DNA of 64,000 nucleotides from assembly GCF_008831285.2 (NCBI RefSeq), contig NC_045138.2:31806001-31870000 (forward strand), written 5' to 3'. Below, piece after piece: positions 1 through 13,300 of this stretch. The translations under genes and the position numbers were made by a program. Source of the DNA: Nymphaea colorata. Lineage: Eukaryota. The notes beneath the pieces are model-generated. The model was not told where the DNA came from. It saw only the letters and a program-made list of their open reading frames with translations, and did not search any database. Within the stretch, counting starts at the first letter, position 1; every line of letters starts with the position of its first letter.

Positions 1-1061
1 TGCCGTTCTGTCAATTTTTAGGCATGTTCATTAAGAAATGTTGGCAAAGAATTTAATAGCACAAAAGAAATTATCTGATAAAAGATTTTAACAATCAAAC
101 GAGAGAAAGCTCCTATGTGCAGCAACACAAATCTGCTCCGATGGGGAGGTTACGCAGAGGCACGGGGCTCCACCCCAGCGTGAACAGCAGAGTTCGAGAG
201 AGTTTTTGCTTGCTTTAATTTTCACATTTTATTTTTATGCTTTTCTTTGTCTACTCTGTTAAACATTATCCTGGAAGGCCAAAATAGCTTGTAAGGCTCC
301 ATACGGGACGAAGATGCGCTTTTCGGTTCTTGTCATCGGAAATTCAAGCCATCCATGGCCACCAGTAGTAATAACAATGATTCATGAACACGACCAGGCA
401 GCCCACACCATAATTTCCAATCAGAGATACCGCACAGCATGCGCCCATCCATATCAGGCTTTAGGGCTATGATTAGAAATCCCGTTTAGAAGGTAACGGA
501 CAGAATAATTAGCTATTTTCACATAAACCCAATCCTAGCAATATCTAGCTTTACATAAAGCATCGTTTGATCACCACAATCCTATAAGTTCTTCTACTTG
601 ATCATAGGACGCCCATACTTATGTAAGCATAGCTGTAACTAATCCAACGCCCAAAGCCGGTCGGGTATCTACCCCAATCTTTAAGACAGTTTCACATAAC
701 TTTGTGGGAGTGTTCGTTGTCAGACACCCCCTTATTATTGCACTATGTTGCTATAAAATGGAGAGCTAGTGAGGAGGGAGTATGATAACCAATTCAAGGG
801 TGAATCTGTTTTAATATCATTATATCAAAACCCAGCAGCCCAATTTTATCCATCAGAGATTTTTTAGTGGCTCTCACTTGTGACTAACAATTATTTGTTT
901 TAGGAGTTGAAATTGCTTTTAGCAATTGACGATCATCCAACACACGTTTTTGTTTTGTATAGCCTGTTAATTTTCCCTTGCATAAAAAATCACCACCTGT
1001 GAAATTTGACAAACCATAGGGCAAAATAAATGCTCCAGACAGGGACACAGAGAAGGGGGGT

Positions 1062-1103
<42 letters not shown>

Positions 1104-1287
1104 GAGACCACACCAGTAGATCACTAGAAAATCAACTCAAAATATAAGTTATTTTTACACAGTCAAAATTGGAACATATATATTCTTAACCAAAAAAGGG
1201 GGAAAAGGAAACAGGCGCATAACCTTTAGCCTTGCATCCTTTGGCCTTGATCTGTACACGATTTTACAGCACTGCTGGAGAGAGTAC

Positions 1288-1353
1288 TTACAAGTTCCGG
1301 TCAAACCACTGTCTGCACATATCGACAACTGGAAGTGCATTTGACAGCAAGGC
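1288..1353 (-). CDS. ZFYVE26: ZFYVE26-like last coding exon (ALLSNALPVVDMCRQWFDRNL*)
   Basis: tgcag acceptor; TAA at 1288-1290; too short for the ORF track. Confidence 0.85.
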   Translation of the reverse strand, partial: ALLSNALPVVDMCRQWFDRNL

Positions 1354-4300
1354 CTGCAATATTTGGAAGTAAAACCTGTTAGTGTTAGAGCAATGTGCAT
1401 CCTCCACTAAGCCATTCATTTCCCAAGTCCACAGATGAACCAGCAGTAATGACAGGAAGATAATTGCAAGTTTGCCCCAAGATTGATACGAGAATCAAAA
1501 TGGGTCACATACGACAATGGATCAGCTAGTAGCAAGCTGAGTTGATTTGTGCAAAGAAACCTGAGGACTGTTACTTTTTAGAATTTAACTTCCAAGTGCA
1601 GTAAGGGCAACTCCTCCGTCTTAAAGGACACAACTTAGTACATATACAGGCCTGGTTCCTGTTCCATGGTTTGATCAACTCCTAACCACCAAAGTAAGAC
1701 CTTAGAATCATCGAAAAAAAAAAGCTGCTAAGAATTTTTAACAATGAAAGTTGGGAAGTTTTACTTTGTGAAGAGCATAGAATTAGAGAAACAAGTATGT
1801 TTAGCAGCAAGACGCCAAAAGAAAGCTTTGTTATGGGCAGGATTTAGTTTTGCAGGACATAAAAAGGCTGGGAGAATGCATATGGAGTATGGACTGAAAT
1901 AAAACAGAAAACTTATATGGCATTCACCAAGAAAATACTGATAAGGCAGCGTTTAACTTCTATAAATTTTTGTTTTGATGTAATGGAAGAAGTGTCTATT
2001 ACAGAGGCTAAAAAAATTGTACAGGACAATAGAGCATGAGAACTGATACCTGATGGGCTACATAATCAACATCTGCCGTGCTTCCATTTCGAGATGCAAT
2101 CTGAAATGCTGTCTTCAGACGCCCACAGATAACACATGCTATCACCTTCCTGCAATGTGTGATTGGAAAAACAAAATGAACGAACCGTTCACAGTCAATA
2201 CAACTATTCTGGACCAGAAAACTACAAATCCTTACAGCTGCAAGGATTGCCCCAAAGAGCAGCAAAATTATAGGGACTTTTGAGATGACTGCTTAGTAGA
2301 AAATTCATAGGCAGTTCTTATCATGTAAGCTTACATATCAATAACATTCAATAACCTTTTAGCTCTCCAATTTATATCTTAAGCTTCAACCAAAAAGTCA
2401 ATGATCAAAATGTTACCTGTGCACACTTTTTAACATGTCAATAAGTCGATCTGGCCTTTCTCTGTGCTTGTTTGCATATATGACAATGGCAGCCAGAAGA
2501 ACCTATATTAAACACAAACACAAGAAAGATTTTACATCTTTTTATGGACAAAGAACAACATCAATTGATAACCCAGAACCAACAAGCATTAAACCAATTG
2601 AAGTTCTCAGTTTGTATCTTTACAGAGTCAAAATTCCATTAGCCATCTTGGTTGGAAGGTACTCATTGATAACATGTCAAGTTATAAGTCACCAACCTGG
2701 CCCAAGCAGTAACTTCCAAAAAAAAAAAAAAAATCCTCATAAGTTTACCTATATAGCTGGAATCTAGTTAAATGTCCAAATACCAGCTCAGCCCTTCATG
2801 CCAAGCAGTTTATGGTCTTGATAGTGCTAAAACCTAAAGAACCTCAAAAGGTCTTGAACTTTTTACTAAGCTGACTTTGCAGTATCACTGGATTCACCAG
2901 ATCCAAGTTCACAAATAATAATTGAGAATAACAGTCTACAAGATCAGATCAAGATTGTACCTGGTCCCAGTCACTATCATCGATCGTACCCTTGATATTC
3001 CTTAGAAACTCTGTCAATTGATTTCCTTTCTTTCTTTCAGCAAGTGATTTTGCCACGGCAGCATAAATGTCAACAGCTGCAACAAAGATTACAAATAAAT
3101 AAGTACAACTCAGAAATAAAGATGAGGATCCAAAGAAGACTATCAAGTGACAGTATAACCATAAAGAGATCAAGTATCAAGCGGTTACCAGGAAGGTTGA
3201 ACTCATAGATTACTTGAAAAGCTAAATCAAAGTTCTTTTCGGCAAGCGTTTCAGCCACTTCACATCTTCTCCTGATAAGGAATGCCAAGTGTAAAAATGC
3301 AGAAATTCCGTGATGGCACTAAAGCACAAGTTGAAATTTGAAAGGATCAACTTATAAAGCAATAATCAAAATTTTGAGCAGATAATCTCATAGCACATAA
3401 ATGTATGATAATGCGTAAATGCACGACAATCCGTTTTGGCTCAGCTGCTTATGTATGAGAAAAAATGACAGCTCATCATTTCCATGAGCAGTCTACTGCT
3501 TCTGTCTAGGGAAAGTACCAACACCATCTCTTGATCTCCCTAACATTTTGAGTTCAAGCAAAAGATAAATGTATTTCAGGCCAAGATAGATAAGCTAAAT
3601 ATTGGGAGATAATGTAGAACTGGGAAAGATCAATACAGTTCCTGTGACCCATAGCTGATTAGAAGTTCGCTAGCAACCTACAGCATTTCAGCCTTAAGTT
3701 ATATCTTGTTATTGACCTTGTCCAGCAAAAAGAAGGACAATAGAACTTCTCACTCAGGAAAGCAGTCTCTTAACACCACAAGATAAATATCGGAAACACA
3801 GCCTTATAGCTTCCAAGTAATTCAAGGTAAAAAAGACAATATTTTGAACAAATTTAATTTATGACACAAACATGTTAATATGATATTGCATGCACCATGC
3901 TTCATTCCGTTGTTTAATTCAGCAGAGGCATGGTATCAAAATCTGTCTGTCTAGATCTGTGTGCTAGGAAGTCCTCATACTCTGACTTGTTGATACTCAC
4001 AGTCACTGTCTCAGGGTGAGAAGAAGATAAAGACCCGTCTATAACTGATGACGCTGCCTGGACAGATCCAATAGGAGACTAAAGAATTCTTGCTCTACTT
4101 AGGTGTAATATTTCTTCCTAGGGAAGCAGCGGAAGGACGACCATGTTTATCCCAACATCTGTATTCCAAATGCCCTATTTTCCCACAATAGGTGCACTGA
4201 AATCTCCCCCGACCTCCTCTTATCCCTCGACCTATGCCTCTCCCCCTGAATGAACTGTGTCCACGACCTCCTGAGGCTACCAAGGCAGAGACATGAATAT

Positions 4301-7300
4301 CACTAGAGGGCGGAGAAAGGGTCACAACAAGGCGGCTGAGTCTATTGTAGGCTTCAGATAGGTCGGGAATTTCTGCTTCAGTCAACATCTGTGCCTTTGC
4401 TACTGCATATTTAGGAGAGAAACCCTGTAGAAACTTCGCAACCATAGACTGTTCACCATGATTCTTATGGCATGTTGGACATGGGGGACGTAATGCTTTA
4501 AGTCGTTCATAGATCGACTTGAGGGAAGCGAAATACTGAGCAAGACTCTGGTCACCCTGTTGCAAATTAAGTAATTCCTCCTCCACCTGCAATATCTTGC
4601 TAACATTCTTGTCATTCAAGTAAGTTTGTTTCAAAAAATCCCACATTTGTTTGGCAGAGGTATAGAATGCAATAGCAGAAGTAATCTGTGGTTGCACGCT
4701 ATTCATGATCCAAGACATGACAATATTATTATCTTCTTTCCATGAAACATATTTTCCACTCTTTCCCACAAGCTCATCTTCTTCTATAACATGCTCCTTC
4801 CGATGTCCAATTACAGACATCATAAACACACGAGACCAAATCTCATAGTTAGATCCATCTAACTTTACAATAGAACCATAATAAAATGGATTTCCTCCAC
4901 TTTTAAACTCATGAGAGAAATCAATTTTGAGATTTTCAGCCATCGCAAAACTGTCCACAAGAGATCAACCACCAACATCACCCAACAATAATAATATAAA
5001 TATATCTATAGAGAATGAGACTGATCGGCAATAATAAAAGTCCAACACCACACAACAGAGGTAAACGCTATCATGTAGTGCGCAGCACTTCTCCCAAACA
5101 AATTATGAACAACCAGACAGTAGAATTGAATAATATCGTGAGGAGAAAGCAGCCCTTCTTAAAAAAGATTACCTCCACAGCAGACCCACGACAGAAGAAT
5201 GCTGTAACAATGCTGTCCACCTGCTAACATAAACCTCACGACAGCAGAAACTCATCCACAACTGCTAGTTTCAGCGAATTACAACTGCTAGTTTCTGCTT
5301 TCTGCCGTCTTCACCATCAGAAAACTAAAAAATGCTGCTGTTTTCAGTCTCCTCACACACCATCGGCAGAACATCATCCAACTTGTTACAATAACTCCAC
5401 TATCATCACGCCTTAAACATCACAAAAAAAAAACAGATCTGCTCCACCTGATCTGCTGGTCCTCATAGCAAACAGCAGCCCTACTTAAGGATCTGATCAC
5501 GCCTTCCACATAGGCGTGATCAGTCCTTCTCCAAGCAGCACACCCAACTTTTATCTCTTTGCTGCCTCCCTGTTGGTGGGTAAGAAGAGATAAACATGGG
5601 TGACGAGAAGATTAAAGAGGAAGGAAGTCGCCGGAAAAAGAGGTCGCCGAAGAGAGGTCACCAGAAGAGGAAGTCGCCGGACAACTTACTTGACTGTTGC
5701 CACAGGAGAAGGCTCTGATACCACGTTGTAGCCGTGAGACTTGGAGAAAAAAAATTCTGTATTCATTAACCCTAATCTCCCTTATAAAGAGATTAGGGTA
5801 GAAAAGAGATTTACAGATTACATCAACCAAAAATAAAGAAATTATTAAAGAGGTCTTATAACTCTTTAATTCTACAAAGAGCCACCTAAAAACATAAACT
5901 TTTCTAATTCAATAGAAGCGTTAATAAAATCATTTCTTGTTCATTGTTAATTGCTAGTGTTATTATTTGTAGACAATCATATGTAGAGCCACATTGCTAG
6001 TGTTATTATTTGTAGACAATCATATGTAGAGCCACACCTGCATCTCGCACCTGGGACATAGATAATATCTTTCACAATATTATTGTGCAAAAGATGTTGT
6101 AGGTATAGTGGTTGCCTCACTTATTGGTTAAAACTATTGTTGCAAAAATTATAATTTAAAAAAAAAAGACAAAAGGAAAGGAAAAATGAAGGAAAAGAAC
6201 AAAAAAAGTGAAAAAATCACAATATTTTGCAAAAAATGCCAAACTGAAAATAATGTGCTCTGATCTCTTTCTCTGTTTTTTTCCTCCTTTTTTCAGGAAA
6301 AATGTTTTTAATATGTTTTGAACTTTTTTGGGTTTATTTTAACATTCTAATAACTGTAAAATCATTTTTTGTGAGAAAAATAGTAGAAATATCAAATTTT
6401 CATAAATTCTTTTTCCTTTATATTTTAGATTTTTGAACACACACACACACACATATACATATGGCCGACCTCAATTTGAGCTCAGGCTGTCTTAAGCTCG
6501 GAAACCTTAACTTGAGTTGGTGGACTTGATCTCGAACTAAGCTGTTTCAGACTCAAGAGAAGCTGAAGCGAACTCAGCTTAAGCTTGGCTTGAGCAACCT
6601 ATTTACACAACTTAAAAATAATAAAGTCCTAAAAGAAAAAGAAAAGTGAGACCATGATTTTGTGGTTGCTTGCAAGTTGCAACAAGTGAAAAAAAAAAGA
6701 GGCAGCAAAAGCAAGGATGTGAGAGATGGTAATGAACCTCAAATGTTCTACCAAGACTCTTAACCAATAACCCTTGGTTATATAACACTCAGAGATTATC
6801 TCCAAGGAAGTAGTGTCACAAAACTGTGGGAGGCCTTCATGTTGATAAAAAGCACGCTTGTTATCATAACTTTGCTAGTTTGAACTTTGCAGTATGATTT
6901 GTATACATAAATCTACGAAGTGTACATAGGTTTTACTTGCGTAGTCACTTTTTCCCCTCTTTTATGCATTTCCCTATTTTTCCTTTTTGTATTTTTGCAA
7001 CTGTCCCTTCTCAGTTGAATTTATTTTTCTTCTAAGTTCAGCCAAGCTAGTTGTTAGCCAGCCCCAATGGCTAGAAACTTCCTTTTGTTAGTTTTCTATA
7101 AAAATGGGATTGTTGTCCCATGTAAGGTTAAGGCCTTTTAGCCTGTTTTCTGATTGTTTCCAGCAGCCATACATTATGTTTCTTTTTCTTGTGGGTCATT
7201 GCAAGAGTAAGTTTCTGTTTAATCCAGTCGTGAGATTGTTGTAGCTCTGGTTTACAATCACTTTCCCATTGTAAGATTTTGATATCTAATACCAAACCAC

Positions 7301-10300
7301 CGAATGAACTTAGATGCAAGAGGAGGAAGAGAGAAGTGGGCTGCACATCGAAGCAAAAGAGAGATGAAAGAGAGCAGCAACAAATGACGTCTGCCTCTTG
7401 TTATCATTATATACTAATCACGATTGAGGGTACATCATAAAATACACAAAATAACAATAACATTTACAAGTATGCCACCGCCCATGATGTGTTGGACGTG
7501 TGGATCAAATGGGTCGGGTCTGGGTGACCTGATCCATATGTACAACACGCAACTTGTTCTTCAATTCCAAGAAATGGTGCCCTGTGAGTCTCTTGGTAAA
7601 AAGATCAGCCACTTGTTCAGACGTGGATATATAAGTGGGAACAATCTCATCTTCCGCAACCTTTTGACGAATAAAGTGTTGATCAATCTCTATATGCTTA
7701 GTGCGATTATGTAGAACAAGATTGAAGGCAATCTTGATTGTGCTTTGGTTGTCACAAAATAGAGATGGCTGAGCAATGAGAAGAGAAAGTTTCCCAAGCA
7801 GATGACGTAACCATGAAGCTTCAGCGGTGCCTGCAGCCATTGCCCTATATTCTGCCTCAGTGCTAGATCTGGCAACTGCACGTTGTTTCCTGCTACTCCA
7901 ACAAATAAGATTGGAATCAAGAAAGAGACAAGAACTGAAAACTGATCGTCTATCATCTGGATCACCTGCCCAATCTGCATCAATATAAGTGGAAATGTTG
8001 TGGCCATGCAAAACAGTTGACTGTCTTGTGTAGATGAGTCCATCCCCAAGAGTAGCCTTAAGATAACGCAAAATACGTTTGGTAGCATCCATATGCCCTT
8101 CTGTGGGTGCATGCATAAACTGAGAGACTTGATTCACAACATATACTATGTCTGGACGTGTAAAAGTGAGATATTGCAACATGCCAACTATACTCCGATA
8201 GAAACTAGGATTTGGGTATGCATCACTCCCATCAGATGCATTTAATTTTGTGTTGAAAACACTAGGTGTATTTATGGGTTTGCAACTTGTCATACCTGTC
8301 CTATCCAAAATATCAAGAGTGTATTTATGTTGTGTAAGAGTTAATGTGCCACATTTTCTATCAAGCTCAACACCCAAGAAATACCGTAGTTCGCCGAGAT
8401 CCTTTATCTTGAATTCTTGTTGCAATACCTCCTTAACATGGGATATATGACATGAAGAGTTTCCAGTAAGAACTATGTCATCTACATATATAAGTAGCCA
8501 AGTGGTAACTTCACATGAATGATAGATGAATAAAGAATGATCAAGTGAACTTCTGAGGAAACCAGCCTGTTGGATATGGAGGGAAAATCTATCGAACCAT
8601 GAACGAGATGCTTGCTTAAGCCCATACAGTGATTTTTGTAATTTGCACACCCATTTGGTTGGATCATTGGAAACATATCCTGGAGGTTGTTCCATATAAA
8701 CTTCTCCCTTTAGAAAGCCATGAAGAAAAACATTTTTAACATCCAACTGATATAAATTCCAACCATATGAGACGACAAGAGAGATGATAACCCGGATCGT
8801 TCCCATCTTGATGACTGGACTGAAAGTCTCATCATAATCTTCTTTGTACTGCTGAGTGAAGTCTCTATCCACGAGTCGAGCCTTATATCTATCAATGCTT
8901 CCATCAAGTTTATACCTGAGTTTGTAAACCCATTTTGAGCCCACTATATTCTTACCATCTGGACGAGGAACAATCTCCCATGTTTGACATTCATTTAAAG
9001 CAGTCATTTCTTCATTCATGGCCTCGATCCAATGTTTGCTTTTGCACGCTTGCTCATAGCATTTTGGCTCCACCTTTTTGTTCAATTCTGTTATGAAGAG
9101 CTGAAAATCCAAAGAGAAATTACCATAACTTACCCATCTATCAATAGGGTGCCGCACACGTTCTGATCTACGTGGGCAAGTAGTGGCAGTTTCTGGATCA
9201 ACTGGAACTGATCGTCGATTATACACCATTCTTGAAAACCGATTAGGTGAAGTCATGCTCATGTTGTTGGTATGAGTAGATGAAGGTATGTTGTCCATCT
9301 GAGTGTTTGTGGCTGTTTCAGGCTCATCAATAGTTCTGTCACTTTGTACGTGGTGTGTATCAACTCTTTGGTCTAATATTTCAGCATTCAGCCATGAGTC
9401 ATATACATCATTTGTAACATTAAGTGTTGCATGTGGCTCCCTTAAATCCTTCAACCTGAGTTTCATAAAAAAAACATGTCGTGAAATATGAACACGTCCA
9501 GCTTTTAGATTGTAACAGCAATAGCCTTTATAATTTTCTGCACAACCCACAAATCTACACATGACAGCTCGATCTTGAAACTTATTTCTCAAAGAAACAT
9601 CAACATGAACATAACAAATGCATCCAAAAACACGTAGCTCATCATAATTTGGTTGTTCTTGATGTAAAATAAAGAATGGAGATTTTCCTTCAAGCATGGA
9701 TAGTGACAGTCGATTAATAACATGAACACCAAGATGAAAAGCTTCAGTTCATAAAGTCATGGGCACATCAGTGTTATGCATCATACTGAGAGCACTTTCA
9801 ACTATGTGCCTATGTTTTCTTTCAGCAATACCATTCTGTTGTGGTGTGTGAGGACAGAAAATCTGTCTAGTGATCCCATGATTTAGTAAGAACTCAATAA
9901 ATTCATTTGAAATGAACTCACAACCACCATCACATTGGAAATGCACGATATTACTAGAGTATTTGTTTTGGACCAAGGCGTGGAATTGGGTGAACAAGCG
10001 AAAAACTTCTGATTTGCTTTTCATGGAGTGGATCCAAGTGTAACGAGAATAAAAATAAATGAAAACAACATAATATTTACTCCCGGAAGAGGAAGAAATA
10101 GGAGCAAGCCCCCAAACATCAGAATAAATGGTGTCAAATAACTTCGAAGCTCGCTTATTTATTGATTGAAAAGGAAGAACATGACTCTTACAAATATGAC
10201 AACTCGAGCACATGCTAGACTCACTGATAGGACTTAGACTGGACTTTTGTAATAGTCCGTCTGCAACAAGACTTTGAATGAAGGACTGACTACAATGTGC

Positions 10301-13300
10301 TAAACGACCGTGCCAAAGAGATGACATATCATACTCTGTGATATTGACTTCACTATGACTGGGAAAGGATGAATCTGAAACACAAGACTTAGACACTTTT
10401 GGAGCTTCTTCAATGACATACATGTCTCCTTTGTGAACACCCTCAGCGAATGTCTTCTTGGTTTGAGCATCCTTAACATAAACAGAAGAAGGAGTAAACT
10501 CAATAGAGGAAAGAGTATCATTAATAAACTTTGACACAGAAATGATATTTTTCTTGACATTTAGAACAACAAGAACATTCTTTAAGGGTATTGAGGAATG
10601 AGCCATGGATAAGTGTGCATTTCCAATATGTGATATTTTGTGATGGGAACCATCTCCTGTGACAACTGAGTCTTTAGCTAAATAAGGGAGAGCACTAGAA
10701 AGCTTACCTGCGTCACCAGTTACATGAGCTGCAACACCAGAATCCACATATCATTGTCCTTCCTCATTTTGCTTGAGATTGATTTTAGACAACGCTATCA
10801 TTAGAATCTGCTGCACATCAGGGGAAATGTTCGATGCCGCAGTCATGTTCGAAACAGATGACCCTACTGCCTTATTGTCACGCTTGACCTGTTTTCCCTT
10901 GTTCTGTGGGTTATGCCAACATTCTGACTTCACATGACCTCTCTTATTGCAATAAAAACAAGTAGGTATCATTCGTGGTACATTTGCCTGTGCATTTGTG
11001 TTAGGTGTATGAAGGATACCTCTCCCCATCCCTGCCTGTGAGTTCCAAACTCTTGGACGACTTCCTTGTAAAGCATGGGTCCCAATGACCAATACATTGT
11101 GACCGCCAGAATGAACTAATTCATGTCGTTGTACACGACTTGCTTCATGCTGAATCAATTTTGCTTTCAAGTCTTCAAAAGAGGGAAGAACATGCAATAC
11201 CTCTGAAGCAGTGCAGAAAACATAAAATTGTGGCCCCAATCCACTCAAAGCCTATTGTACCTTGTCCTTGTCACTGACTGGATGCCCTATGATGGCAAGC
11301 TGATCGCTGACATTTTTTATCTCATGTATATATTCCAAGACTGAACGTGTGCCTCGCTTGATATCCTGACATTGCCTCTTGAGTTGTAGAAATCTCGCTT
11401 CTGATATTTGAGAATATGTGGTAGCAAGTACATTCCACAACTCAAGTGCTGAAAGATCATCATCAACACCCGCCAAAACTTCCCTTGATAGTGTGGAGGT
11501 GATATAAACAACGAGAAATTGATCATGAGTCATCCATATCTCCTATTTAGGAATGATTTCTGCAATAGTCTCTTGAACTTGCCCTGCAGCATTCTTCACC
11601 TCTCGCATAATCCATTCAGGTGGCGCAAGTGTGGTGCCATTGAGATGTCCATAGAGACTGTGACTCTTGATGAACGGGACTATTTGACGCAATGTTGTAC
11701 GTATCGTACGATACGACCCCGTATCGTACGATACGTATCGTATCGTTTGAAGAAAACGATACGATACACCCCTCGTATCGTAAAAAGGGGGTGTATCGGC
11801 CCTGTATCGCACGTATCGTACGATACAGGGCCCGTATCGTACGATACGGGGCGATACACCCCGTATCGTACGATACGGCCTAAAAACGCAAAAGGGGGCC
11901 GAGACCTACTTATTCGGCTTCTTTTTCAAATTTTTCTTTCGTTCTTCATTTCTAACGCTTGGATAGTGCCGTGAGGGAGGGCGATCGTTCATTTTGACCG
12001 TGAAGAACTTGATTTTCATCGTCAAATCGAAGATTAAGTGGTCGATTTGTGCGTGGGTGCTTGATTTTCGTGGGAAGGAAAGGGGTTTTCTTCATTTCAG
12101 ACATTTCTTCTTCGTAAGGTATGAAATCTCATGTTCTTACCATGTATTCTTAATTTTTTACCGTATAATCGTAGATTTGAAGACTTTGAGTGTTTTTCAT
12201 TAAGTTTACCATAGGATTTCGTTTTTTTTTTTGAAGATATGGATCCTACATGGCAATGGTGCGAAAGGGTGAAGGAGAATAACCGTTTGAAACTCAAATG
12301 TGGCTTCTGTGGGAATACACTTTCAGGAGGAATTATTAGAATGAAACACCATTTGGCAGGGACCTCCAAAGATGCGTCTCCTTGTGTTGGAGGACCAAAC
12401 AAACCTTTGCCTCCATTTGTGCGTCAACAATGTTTAGATATGCTTCATGCTTTACGTCAAAAGAGAATACAAAAAGAAATTGAAGATGCAGATGTAGGCT
12501 ATAATGTGCCTTTGGAAGATGAAGAAGAAGAGGATGAAGCTTATTAATGTGATGATGAAGACGATAGCAGTCTAAGAACAGATTTGGAGACCTCAAGAGG
12601 TAGAGATCGTAGAGGAAAAGGGATTATGTATGAAGGAGGTCGATCTGGCATAACGGGAAGGAAGAGGAGAGGCACAACAGATGTTAGGGCCAGGCGTGGT
12701 ATGCGACCACCTAGTGGTAGAGTTCCTACTGGTAGGTCTAGTGTTGGCTCTATTAAGAGTTTTTTCCCTTCATATACCAGCCCAGGTGGTCAGCCGCAGA
12801 TTCGTGCTGCTATGACATCTAAAGATATGCTATATCATGCACAAAAGCAGGTAGGGAAATGGTTTTATGATGCCTGTATTCCATTCAATGCAGCTAATTC
12901 TTTTCAATTCCAAGCCATGGCAGATGCAATTGCTTCTATAGGCCCCGGATTCAAAATGCCATCATATCATCAGTTGAGAGGCAAAATTCTTCAGGATACA
13001 GTCAAAGAAGTGTCTGAGCATTGCGATGAGTTGAAATTATGTTGGAAGGAAACAGGTTGCTCCATTATGTCAGATGGTTGGACTGATACAAGGTCAAGAA
13101 CACTTGTAAATTTTCTTGTGTATTGCCCTAAAGGTACAATGTTCTTGAAATCTCTTGACTTGTCTGATGTTCCTAAGACTGCTGAGATTTTATTCAATGT
13201 TTTTGATAATGTTGTACAAGAAGTTGGACCTGCAAACATTGTACAGTTTATTACAGATAATGCTGCAAATTATAGAGCTGCAGGAGATTTGTTATTTCAA

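Noticed and set aside
1..900. Possible LTR or other repeat remnant downstream of the gene
   Set aside because: TATA-like motif present, but no termini, PBS/PPT, TSD or coding similarity that I can support.
1286..1291. GTAAGT donor overlapping the host stop codon (alternative C-terminus)
   Set aside because: Weak exon-side context (TT|GT), the protein already ends where I recall homologues ending, and no downstream coding exon was identified.
11700..11877. CRISPR-like array of palindromic repeats
   Set aside because: Eukaryotic context, irregular short spacers, no cas genes; explained as hAT subterminal repeats.
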